Shown here piece after piece: positions 1 through 7,909 of a stretch of DNA of 15,435 bases (its first letter is position 1; every line of letters starts with the position of its first letter). The stretch is from Promethearchaeota archaeon (GTDB lineage Archaea > Asgardarchaeota > Lokiarchaeia > Sigyniarchaeales > SOKP01). The position numbers and the translations under genes are program-made. The DNA is taken from assembly GCA_030603385.1 (NCBI GenBank), contig JAUVXW010000049.1, positions 1 through 15,435 of the forward strand, in the 5' to 3' direction. A model generated the notes under the pieces. It saw only the letters and a program-made list of their open reading frames with translations. It was not told the DNA's origin and ran no database searches.

Positions 1-204
1 GAAAGGGCACGGAATCTTTTAAAAGAAATTCACGAAGAGGTTCAACAGATTGATGGTGCGATAATGTATAAATCACCAAAATGGGCGTATCAGGCGCATA
101 AGGAAAAAATCTTTCCCGCTACAGGCGAATTGATTGAAAAAATTAGACGGCTTCTTGATCCAAATAATATAATGAATCCAGGACAGGGAAGAGGAGAAGA
201 TTAG
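1..204 (+). CDS. 3' end of FAD-binding oxidoreductase (GlcD/D-2-hydroxyacid dehydrogenase, FAD-linked oxidase C-terminal domain), partial
   Basis: Not in the ORF track. Frame 1 is open from base 1 to TAG at 202-204 (ERARNLLKEIHEE...IEKIRRLLDPNNIMNPGQGRGED*). DPNNIMNPG is the typical C-terminal motif of FAD-linked oxidases. It ends 1 nt before the Fe-S gene, the usual GlcD/GlcF-type pairing. Confidence 0.85.
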   Translation, partial: ERARNLLKEIHEEVQQIDGAIMYKSPKWAYQAHKEKIFPATGELIEKIRRLLDPNNIMNPGQGRGED

Positions 205-205
205 T

Positions 206-1447
206 ATGTCTAAGAGAAGAGTTAGATATTTACCAGGAAAGGGTATTTCTAAAATAACTTTAGCTCAAGAAAACCAGAAGCTTGAAAGAAATCAAGATTT
301 AACGCATTACGAAGATACTTTTTATCAATGTGGTAAGTGTGGAACCTGCAGGACAGTTTATAAAGACGCTTATTGGTCTCGAATTTGCCCATCTGGAGAA
401 TTTGGTAAGTTTGAAGCATATTACCTTGGTGGAAAAAATCTATTAACTTGGGCAATAACTACAGATAAACTTAAATGGAGTGAAGATTTAGCAAAGATTT
501 TTTATCAATGTTCTGTTTGTATGGCATGCGTACAACAATGTCAGATACCTGAAATTCACACTTATGCCGGAGAATGGTTAATGGCAATGAGAGAAGAAGC
601 TGTTAAGTTGGGATATGGACCTATGCCTGAACAAGCTCAATATGCTGAACATGTAATGGTTGAGAAAAATCCATATATGGAAAAGCATGAAGACCGATTA
701 AATTGGCTACCGTCACATATTAAGCAATCATCAGATGCGAAATTAGCATATTTTGTTGGCTGTACATCAAGCTATAGAGAACAAAATGTTGCTATTTCTA
801 CTGCAGAAATATTGAACTCGCTGAATATTGACTTTAGAATACTAGATAATGAAGAATGTTGTGGCTCTCCTGTTTATATGACGGGCCAGACAGACAAAGC
901 TAAAGAATTAGCTGAACAAAATATCAAAAATTTTAAAGATGCCGGAATTGAACAAATAATTACATCTTGTGCTGGATGTTATCGAACATGGGAAGATACC
1001 TATCCAAATAAATTTGGATTAACTCATGAAATTGAAGTTAAGCATTTACCCGAATTTATAAGGAGCAAATTAAAAACTGGTGAAATGAATTTTAATAAAG
1101 ACGTAAATATGAAAATTACATACCACGATCCATGCCATATAGGACGCCATATGGGAATCTATAAAGCCCCCAGGGATGTATTACAACAAATCCCTGGTAT
1201 TGAGTTAATAGAGATGACACGAAATAGACATAACGCATGGTGTTGCGGTTCTGGTGGTGGTGTGAGGTCAGCATTTAAAGAATTGTCGACTTTTGCCGCA
1301 AAAGAAAGGATAGAGGAAGCAAAAGAAACTAAAGCTGAAGCTATCGTTTCTTGCTGTCCTTTCTGTCTAAATCAATTCAAAAACAATATTGAAAATAACG
1401 ATATTCAAGCACTTGATCTCTCAGAGTTGATAAGAAAAACTATATAA
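206..1447 (+). CDS. (Fe-S)-binding oxidoreductase with two ferredoxin-type clusters and two CCG domains (GlcF/GlpC/HdrD family)
   Basis: N-terminal CGKCGTCR...ICP and CSVCMACVQQC. CCG repeats: YFVGC...ECCG...SCAGC and YHDPCH...CCGSGGG...SCCPFC. Confidence 0.92.
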   Translation: MSKRRVRYLPGKGISKITLAQENQKLERNQDLTHYEDTFYQCGKCGTCRTVYKDAYWSRICPSGEFGKFEAYYLGGKNLLTWAITTDKLKWSEDLAKIFYQCSVCMACVQQCQIPEIHTYAGEWLMAMREEAVKLGYGPMPEQAQYAEHVMVEKNPYMEKHEDRLNWLPSHIKQSSDAKLAYFVGCTSSYREQNVAISTAEILNSLNIDFRILDNEECCGSPVYMTGQTDKAKELAEQNIKNFKDAGIEQIITSCAGCYRTWEDTYPNKFGLTHEIEVKHLPEFIRSKLKTGEMNFNKDVNMKITYHDPCHIGRHMGIYKAPRDVLQQIPGIELIEMTRNRHNAWCCGSGGGVRSAFKELSTFAAKERIEEAKETKAEAIVSCCPFCLNQFKNNIENNDIQALDLSELIRKTI

Positions 1448-1459
1448 AGATTTAAACAA

Positions 1460-1520
1460 TTTTTTTTCTATTTTATTACATTATTTTGTGAGTTTAATAA
1501 AAATTAATAAAAAAAAAAAA
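1460..1520. terminator. Bidirectional archaeal oligo(T) terminator region between convergent genes
   Basis: T8 at 1460-1467 follows the + strand stop. A12 at 1509-1520 (T12 on the - strand) follows the activase stop. Confidence 0.55.
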
Positions 1521-1546
1521 GTGGTATGTGAGATTAAATTTGAAGC

Positions 1547-2332
1547 CTACTCTCTGCTTAGGACATTGTCCTGTGCTATGAGAGCAGCCCCTAAAGCTCC
1601 AATTATTTGTGGATCAACTGGTAGCTTTTTGGTTTTTACACCCATTCTTTTCTCAAGATAAGCAACTACACCTATATTTTTTGCTACTCCTCCAGTAATA
1701 GTTAACTCTTCTTCAAGACCAACTCTATATACAAGAGACATAATTCTAGAAGCAATAGCATCATGTATCCCTGCAACTATATCAGATACTTCTACACCAT
1801 CCGCCATAAGACTAACAACTTCTGTTTCAGCGAAAACACTACATTGAGCAGTAATTTTCGCCTGATTTTTTGACTTTAAAGATATTTCTCCGAGTTCTTC
1901 AAGTTTCAATTCTAGTGTTCTAGCCATAACTTCTAAAAATCTGCCTGTTCCAGCAGCACATTTATCATTCATAGCAAAATCTAGGATCTTTCCATCTTTA
2001 CTAACTTTTATTACCTTACAATCTTGTCCACCAACATCAATTATTGTTCTAATTGATGGGATATAAGAATGAGCGCCCTTACCATGGCAAGTTAACTCAG
2101 ATACTTCTGAATTCGCAAATGGAATTTTTACCCTACCATATCCAGTTCCAACGATATAATCGATATTATCTAATGATAAGTTCTTTTTATTAAGTGCTTC
2201 ATTCATAGCATTTTGAGCAGTTCTCTCTGGTTTAGGTGTCGTTGGGACTATACTATATGATAAAATGTCACCATCCTTTAAAATAACAGCTTTTCCAGTT
2301 AAAGATCCAACATCGCACCCTGCTACTATCAT
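1547..2332 (-). CDS. ATP-dependent CoA-substrate-specific enzyme activase (HgdC/HadI/BcrAD family, ASKHA fold)
   Basis: Motifs GCDVGSLTGK, GTGYGR, SELTCHGKG, IDVGGQDCK, MNDKCAAGTGRFLE, CSVFAETEV and TGGVAKN. SD-like AGGAGGT lies just upstream of the ATG. Confidence 0.95.
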   Translation of the reverse strand: MIVAGCDVGSLTGKAVILKDGDILSYSIVPTTPKPERTAQNAMNEALNKKNLSLDNIDYIVGTGYGRVKIPFANSEVSELTCHGKGAHSYIPSIRTIIDVGGQDCKVIKVSKDGKILDFAMNDKCAAGTGRFLEVMARTLELKLEELGEISLKSKNQAKITAQCSVFAETEVVSLMADGVEVSDIVAGIHDAIASRIMSLVYRVGLEEELTITGGVAKNIGVVAYLEKRMGVKTKKLPVDPQIIGALGAALIAQDNVLSRE

Positions 2333-2346
2333 TTTTTTAACCTCCT

Positions 2347-3663
2347 TTATAAAACTACTTGAGTGAGGAATTCTGAAATTCTTTCTTTTATTTCTTCTGA
2401 GGTTACTTCTCTCGAGTCATAAGGATCACAACCGAAAATTAGTGTGGGAAGTCCAGTCTCTTCACGTACGGCTTCAGAAGCAACTCTTGCCATAGCATAA
2501 GCATGTTTGCATGCAAATTGCATAGGCATAATTACACAATCGATCTTATACTCCTTTACATAATTTAAAAGAAAATCAATATAATACTCAATAGGACCTC
2601 TACATGTTCCAATCATTGAAAAATCTAATGTCCCCTTAGCTAAACTTTCATAACATTTTTCGATTGTTGAAGTGTCATGAGGTAATACTTGATAAAAACC
2701 TAGCATGTCTAAGATTACTACGGCGTTAAATTGCTCTTCCAACCACGGAAATAACTCTTGATCGAAAAAAATGTGAGTATATGGCCATGCGATTCTTATT
2801 TTCTCATCAGGGACACCTGCGATTCCATTTTTCACATTTTCAGCAGCGTTATCTCGTAACCATTTTGTTACTTTAACAGCATCATTAGTGCCACCACGTG
2901 TTACCATAGTTACGAAATTTCCAAAGCCTGTTATACTAGGCACAGGACAAGGAACAGTCTTTAAAAGTTCGTTAAATTCCCATATATATTCTCTTGCCTG
3001 ATTTACTTGAGTCATAGTTTGTTGTAAATTTTTGAGATCCAACTTTTGTTTTGTTTCTTTTTCTATCCATGATATTAATTCTTTGATTTGTTTTATCAAA
3101 TAATCAATGGTTTTACCATCATAAAACTCACTTGCTTTATCATAAGCCCAATAAGGGATATCTATATTAAAACCTGGTACACCTGTCAAATTTTGAAAGA
3201 CTTGATATGTCATCGCAAGTGAATTACATGGCGTTGAGAGATAGAATAAAAGATCAGGGATTGGTGCCGCTCCCCGCATATAGGATCCAATTAAAGGTCT
3301 TTGAGCATTGCAAAGAGTTGGATTATCTCCATAACCTATTTCATTAGTGAAATCGATATAGGGTTCATTGAAGTGAAAAGGGGCTAAGCCCACACTGAAA
3401 ACTTCTTGCATGAGCGGGGCTAAATTCATGGAGTGAAATAATTCGGGACCATAATTAAAAGGATGCATGATTATCGGAATTCCTTCCTTTCGTGCTTTAG
3501 GGATTTCAAGAAAAATATTAAGGAATAACTCTGTTACAGGTGTAAATTCTTCATCTTTATTTTGAGTTAAGAACGCTGTATACATTGTCTTCCACATTAA
3601 AAGGTCCTTACCCCAACTTCCTCTACCAAGCTTTTTATATTTATTAAATAATTCTATATCCAT
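2347..3663 (-). CDS. 2-hydroxyacyl-CoA dehydratase / class I benzoyl-CoA reductase family subunit (HgdA/BcrB-like)
   Basis: Cys motifs LCNAQR, STPCNS and FACKH, and a C-terminal GLPTLIFGCD..D.R...ERISEF pattern. Start moved from GTG 3672 to ATG 3663 because GAGGTGA (archaeal SD, containing the upstream stop) sits 6 nt before that ATG. Confidence 0.88.
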   Translation of the reverse strand: MDIELFNKYKKLGRGSWGKDLLMWKTMYTAFLTQNKDEEFTPVTELFLNIFLEIPKARKEGIPIIMHPFNYGPELFHSMNLAPLMQEVFSVGLAPFHFNEPYIDFTNEIGYGDNPTLCNAQRPLIGSYMRGAAPIPDLLFYLSTPCNSLAMTYQVFQNLTGVPGFNIDIPYWAYDKASEFYDGKTIDYLIKQIKELISWIEKETKQKLDLKNLQQTMTQVNQAREYIWEFNELLKTVPCPVPSITGFGNFVTMVTRGGTNDAVKVTKWLRDNAAENVKNGIAGVPDEKIRIAWPYTHIFFDQELFPWLEEQFNAVVILDMLGFYQVLPHDTSTIEKCYESLAKGTLDFSMIGTCRGPIEYYIDFLLNYVKEYKIDCVIMPMQFACKHAYAMARVASEAVREETGLPTLIFGCDPYDSREVTSEEIKERISEFLTQVVL

Positions 3664-3668
3664 TTTTT

Positions 3669-4790
3669 TCACCTCGCCTCTAAAATTTCAATAAAAGTCT
3701 GAACACGCGTCTTCATAGCTCCAGTACCACTTAACACGTATTCTCTTTCCAAATCGAGAAATGGAATACCTTCTTCTTTTAATCTATTACGGAGCATGAA
3801 AATTTCAGCCCACCATAGCGCACAAAACTTCATTCTTTCAAAAATAACACCATCAACATTGAAATCTTTAATCATATCCATCATAAATTCAGCCCTTTCT
3901 AGATATCCATCAGTCATACGTGGACAGGAGATTTTTGATAGATAACGTTCTGCTAATGCATCAATCGGATTTAGATTTTCATCAACTAAATCCCAGAAAT
4001 ACCTAGTTCCTAAACATAGTGAATCTGTAACAATTAATCCCCCAAGATCTTCTATTACTTTAAAATATTCTGGTTCATCAAGCATACTTCCAACTATCAT
4101 TAATCTATTCTTAAAGTCAGATATCCCATCTCCACTCCCGATTTCCTTTAACTGTTGAGTCAAAAGTTCATTAAATTGCTCCCTTGGAATGGAAACTCCT
4201 GCTGAAATAATATTCATCATATCAGTACCAGTAATAGTTGGTTTATCTTGCTTTCTGAGACTATATAATTCTTTGAGAAGTGTACGAGACTTATTGTATA
4301 TCTTAATTGCATTCCTTATTTTTTCTTCTGTAATATTCACACTGAAGTTCGCTTCAATGTTTTGCTTAAATTTGGTTATTTCATGTTTAAACCAATCGAT
4401 TGTTGTATTACTAACATAACCAGGAATGCCCATTATATAATGAAAGGGAAACGGAGCTTTATATCTTATATTATCATAAAGGCGTCTAATTTGATCACAA
4501 CAATTACAAGAAATAATTCCATCAAGAAAATTATACTCATTTCTATTTGCTAATTCAAGGCAACATCTTGTAAAACTACATGTAGTAGGAGTCATATATG
4601 CATCTCCCATCGGTGTATCGGTACAAGTTCTCGCTCTCATTCTGATTGGCAAGATATCAGCTGCATAAATGATTTCTTCAGGTATATATGAACAAAAATA
4701 ACCTAAAACCTTTTTACCCTCATTTTTCCAGCTATTTACCCAAGGATTCTCAAGGGGAATTGCTTCTATAAATTTTTCCATAGCAGACAT
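3669..4790 (-). CDS. 2-hydroxyacyl-CoA dehydratase / class I benzoyl-CoA reductase family subunit (HgdB/BcrC-like)
   Basis: Motifs WKNEGKKVLGYFCSYIPEEII, CSF, CCDQIRR, DSLCLGTRY, SCPR, DGVIF..MKFC and KTRVQTFIE. Confidence 0.92.
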   Translation of the reverse strand: MSAMEKFIEAIPLENPWVNSWKNEGKKVLGYFCSYIPEEIIYAADILPIRMRARTCTDTPMGDAYMTPTTCSFTRCCLELANRNEYNFLDGIISCNCCDQIRRLYDNIRYKAPFPFHYIMGIPGYVSNTTIDWFKHEITKFKQNIEANFSVNITEEKIRNAIKIYNKSRTLLKELYSLRKQDKPTITGTDMMNIISAGVSIPREQFNELLTQQLKEIGSGDGISDFKNRLMIVGSMLDEPEYFKVIEDLGGLIVTDSLCLGTRYFWDLVDENLNPIDALAERYLSKISCPRMTDGYLERAEFMMDMIKDFNVDGVIFERMKFCALWWAEIFMLRNRLKEEGIPFLDLEREYVLSGTGAMKTRVQTFIEILEAR

Positions 4791-4952
4791 ATTTTAATCT
4801 CTAATTAAAATGAATTCTTAGATTCATTTCAAATTTAAATTAATTTATTTATGCTGTTTAAATTTAAAAACATAATGATTTGACATAAAAGTAGTTTCTG
4901 AGATTGTGGTAATTGCAATCGAACATCAGACTTGAAAAACTAAAAATTAGGG

Positions 4953-5333
4953 TTAAAGCTTCACTGAAACCGTAACAGCAGCATTACATATTATTATTTG
5001 ATTTGAAGTATCGCCTAATTCTTTAATCATAATTCCTTCAGTAAGTAAACCTCCTTTAACAACTTCAATTGATTTTTCCCCAAAAGGAATCGCTTTCAAA
5101 ACTTTCTTTTTATCAATAGTTTCTGGGTATGGGGCTCCAATCTTCACATGAACCATCATTCGAGTAAGATCTTTTGGTTCTCTGAGATTGCATATTTCTG
5201 AAAGCCCACATAAACAATTATTTGAAATCGCATTCTTGATAGCTTTAATTGCGGCATTAGTGCAATCATTGTTATGACCGTGTTGGTCCACTCCAGCACC
5301 TATTTCTACAATTAGCCTTTTAGCTTTTGACAT
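4953..5333 (-). CDS. Lin0512 family protein (function unknown)
   Basis: RLIVEIGAGVDQHG...TNAAIKAIKNAI, VHVKIGAPYP, IPFG...VVKGGL and NAAVTV match the family pattern. 126 aa. Confidence 0.85.
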   Translation of the reverse strand: MSKAKRLIVEIGAGVDQHGHNNDCTNAAIKAIKNAISNNCLCGLSEICNLREPKDLTRMMVHVKIGAPYPETIDKKKVLKAIPFGEKSIEVVKGGLLTEGIMIKELGDTSNQIIICNAAVTVSVKL

Positions 5334-5502
5334 ATATTATCATCTTGGTTTGATTTAAATAAATAATATTCAATTTAATGGTGATTTTATTAATTTAAAC
5401 TCCTTTTTATATCCCTTACACCCTTTATTTCATATATTTTAAACTACTCATCATCTTGAATTTCTTCATAATTTACTATTCAAGGAAACTAATATTACTT
5501 TT

Positions 5503-5521
5503 TGGTAAAAATATTTATAAA
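5503..5521 (+). promoter_or_regulatory. Putative BRE/TATA promoter for the radical SAM gene
   Basis: GGTAAAAA followed by TATTTATA, about 75 nt upstream of the TTG start. The AT-rich background limits certainty. Confidence 0.4.
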
Positions 5522-5595
5522 TCAATTTAGCAAATTATGAATAATCCTAGTATAAATGTTATTTTATATCAAATAAATTTAGAACGTGAAATGAA

Positions 5596-6663
5596 TTGAC
5601 CAATCTAAAAGAAACTATAGATGATGAAAGATTTTCGGAAGGAGAAAACTTATGGGAAGATTATAAAATTCCATTAACTTTTGACCAAGAAAAGATGGTA
5701 AAATGGTTTAATGAAGAAAGAGGTGCGGCAAGAGGGGGAGCAGATGTCTTTTATCTTATGTTTGGTATAACATATAATTGCCAACTTAAATGTCCGCATT
5801 GCTGTGTGGGCAATTATGAAAATGAACCTCTTAGAGAACTTTCAACTGATGAGATTAAGGATGTATTAGATCAATCTGCTAAGGCTTTTGTAATTAACTT
5901 CTTTGGAGGTGAGCCAACTATGAGACCAGATTTAATGGAATTAATAAAGTATGCTTCAGAACGATCTGTATATGTTTTTTGTGATACTAATGGAATAAAA
6001 GTCACAAAAGATTACGCAAAACAATTAAAGGATAGCGGTTTAGAAATGCTTTATATAAGTATAGATAGTCCTATTCCAGAAAAGCACGATGAATTGCGTG
6101 GAATGAAAGGATTATTTAATACAGCTGTTCAAGGAATAAAAAATGCTCTTGATGTAAGATTAAAGTGTTCCCTATCGACCTATGTTACAAAAGAAACTCT
6201 AGCCAATGGTGAATTTGAGGATGTAATCAAATTAGGAAAAGATCTAAACGCAAACGGTGTAAGATATTTATTGCCTACAGCAACAGGAAGATGGCTACAT
6301 AATATTGAAGTGAAATTAACACCAGAAGAAGAAAAAAAAGTTAGGGAAATTGCAGATTTTCCATTTGTTTGCAGAGATTTCTATTTTCAAACTCAAACTT
6401 CAAGTCAATGTAGAGGTGTAGCAGATCATGTGTACTTTTATATTTCACCTTATGGAGATGTTATGCCTTGTTGTTTCATGCCTATTGCTTTTGGGAATAT
6501 TAGAGAAGAGCCGCTTAAGAGTATTTTGGAAAGAATGTGGGATCATTCGATGTTTTCTGAAAGTTGGACACATGAAGAATGTCCAATGTTAAGTGAAGAG
6601 TTCAGAAAGAAATATATAGATACCCTACCCCCGGATAAGAAATTACCTTATAGAATATGTTAA
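5596..6663 (+). CDS. Radical SAM enzyme with C-terminal SPASM/Twitch-like domain
   Basis: CxxxCxxC (CQLKCPHC), FFGGEP, DTNG and ISIDS...HDELRG, then QCRG...YISPYGDVMPCCF...FGNI...ECPM. The start is a TTG and is uncertain. Confidence 0.92.
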   Translation: MTNLKETIDDERFSEGENLWEDYKIPLTFDQEKMVKWFNEERGAARGGADVFYLMFGITYNCQLKCPHCCVGNYENEPLRELSTDEIKDVLDQSAKAFVINFFGGEPTMRPDLMELIKYASERSVYVFCDTNGIKVTKDYAKQLKDSGLEMLYISIDSPIPEKHDELRGMKGLFNTAVQGIKNALDVRLKCSLSTYVTKETLANGEFEDVIKLGKDLNANGVRYLLPTATGRWLHNIEVKLTPEEEKKVREIADFPFVCRDFYFQTQTSSQCRGVADHVYFYISPYGDVMPCCFMPIAFGNIREEPLKSILERMWDHSMFSESWTHEECPMLSEEFRKKYIDTLPPDKKLPYRIC

Positions 6664-6665
6664 AA

Positions 6666-6674
6666 TTTTTTTTT
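6666..6674 (+). terminator. Oligo(T) terminator after the radical SAM gene
   Basis: T9 begins 3 nt after the stop and runs into a pyrimidine-rich tract. Confidence 0.5.
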
Positions 6675-6711
6675 CTTCTTTCTCTTAACTATATAAATAC
6701 ACTTTTTTTAT

Positions 6712-6725
6712 CAAAAACTTTTATT
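6712..6725 (+). promoter_or_regulatory. Putative BRE/TATA promoter for rdhA
   Basis: CAAAAA followed by CTTTTATT, about 55 nt upstream of ATG 6778. Confidence 0.4.
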
Positions 6726-6777
6726 CATTTTAATGAAATTATAATGTAATGATATGGATAGAATTAGGTTCTGAGTT

Positions 6778-7869
6778 ATGTATGAAATAGATGAAACAAT
6801 ATATCAGCGCTTTCATGAAAAAAAAAATATGATATATAGAAGATTATGGGATAAATCTTTACCCACTTATGGAAAAATGTTTGAAGTTAATATAGAAAAT
6901 CATATAAATTCACATAAAGAAGGCTACTCTAGAATTGATTTTGCTCTTGTTGCTGCAGGGTGGACTGTTTATGAAAAGTTCCCTTATGCTTTCACTTGGG
7001 AAAGAGAAAATTCGATGGACCTTGGTTATGGTGTAAATTGGATGAAAAATAAGTATCCTATTCAAGATAATAAAAATTTTACAGAGCAAGTGAAAAAAGC
7101 AGCTAAGGTTTATGGTGCTTCTTTAGTCGGAATATCAGATATTAATGAAAAGTGGATTTATAAGGATGGCTTTGTAAGACCCTCTTCAAAAAGTGAAGCA
7201 GAATCAAAAAAAAAGGTAAGGGGTGGTGATACTTCAGGATCTATATTAGAAACACCAATCAATTTACCAAAAGGAATTAATAAGGCAATAGTTATGGCAA
7301 TTGAAATGGATCAAAGTGCTATATCGACCGCTCCAGCACAACCCGCAGCGGCTGCAGCAGCTATAGCATATTCGAAAATGGCTTTTGTAATATCTTGTTT
7401 AGGTGAATTTATTCGAAATTTAGGATACAGAGCCATTCAATGTGGTAATGACACTGCGTTAAGCATACCATTAGCTATTGATGCTGGGCTTGGAGCTGTT
7501 GGGAGGTTAGGTCTCCTAATTACACCTGAATTTGGACCACGAGTAAGGATTTGTAAAGTTTTTACGGATCTTCCTCTTGTTTCCGACGAACCTAATTTAA
7601 GGTTTATTAAGAAAGTAGCTAATGTTTGTAGGAATTGCTTTAAGTGTGCTGATGCATGTGAAACAAACGCAATTACAAAAGATAAAGAGCCTAAATTTAA
7701 AGGATTAAATATTTCTAACAATTCAGGTGTTAGAAAATATTATATAGATGGTGAAAAATGTTTTGAATTTTGGATTGAAAACAGTAGTGATTGCGGAAAT
7801 TGTATTGCTGTTTGTCCTTTTTCTAAAATTAAAAAATACGTATCTCCAACTGAATTTTGGCATAAATAA
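6778..7869 (+). CDS. rdhA: Reductive dehalogenase family protein (cobamide + 2x[4Fe-4S]), cytoplasmic type without Tat signal
   Basis: Motifs VKKAAKVYGASLVGI, KWIY, AIVMAIEMD, AYSKM...LGEFIRNLGYRA and SIPLAIDAGLG..GR.GLLITPEFGPRVRICKVFTDLPL. Fe-S motifs CRNCFKCADAC and CFEFW...DCGNCIAVCPF. No RRxFxK signal. Confidence 0.85.
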   Translation: MYEIDETIYQRFHEKKNMIYRRLWDKSLPTYGKMFEVNIENHINSHKEGYSRIDFALVAAGWTVYEKFPYAFTWERENSMDLGYGVNWMKNKYPIQDNKNFTEQVKKAAKVYGASLVGISDINEKWIYKDGFVRPSSKSEAESKKKVRGGDTSGSILETPINLPKGINKAIVMAIEMDQSAISTAPAQPAAAAAAIAYSKMAFVISCLGEFIRNLGYRAIQCGNDTALSIPLAIDAGLGAVGRLGLLITPEFGPRVRICKVFTDLPLVSDEPNLRFIKKVANVCRNCFKCADACETNAITKDKEPKFKGLNISNNSGVRKYYIDGEKCFEFWIENSSDCGNCIAVCPFSKIKKYVSPTEFWHK

Positions 7870-7909
7870 AAAGAAAAATTAGATGGATACGATAAAAGTA
7901 GGAATCATT

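Noticed and set aside
249-455. 68-aa minus-strand ORF
   Set aside because: Antisense shadow inside the well-supported Fe-S gene, with no motifs.
3669-3671. Selenocysteine readthrough at TGA stops (also 12477-12479)
   Set aside because: Both proteins are complete at these stops and the next genes start immediately. No Cys-equivalent position or SECIS was seen.
4189-4553. Two + strand ORFs (76 and 63 aa)
   Set aside because: Antisense to the dehydratase subunit. Their hydrophobic look is the usual artefact of reverse-reading AT-rich genes.
7437-7721. 94-aa minus-strand ORF as a possible rdhB
   Set aside because: It lies entirely antisense within rdhA's conserved core and lacks the three-TM RdhB pattern.
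6778-7869. Annotation as epoxyqueuosine reductase QueG
   Set aside because: It lacks the QueG-type C.SY.TIE and GCD.CQ..CPWN motifs. The CFEFW...CGNC...CPF and KWIY features fit RdhA better, though an HMM check is still needed.
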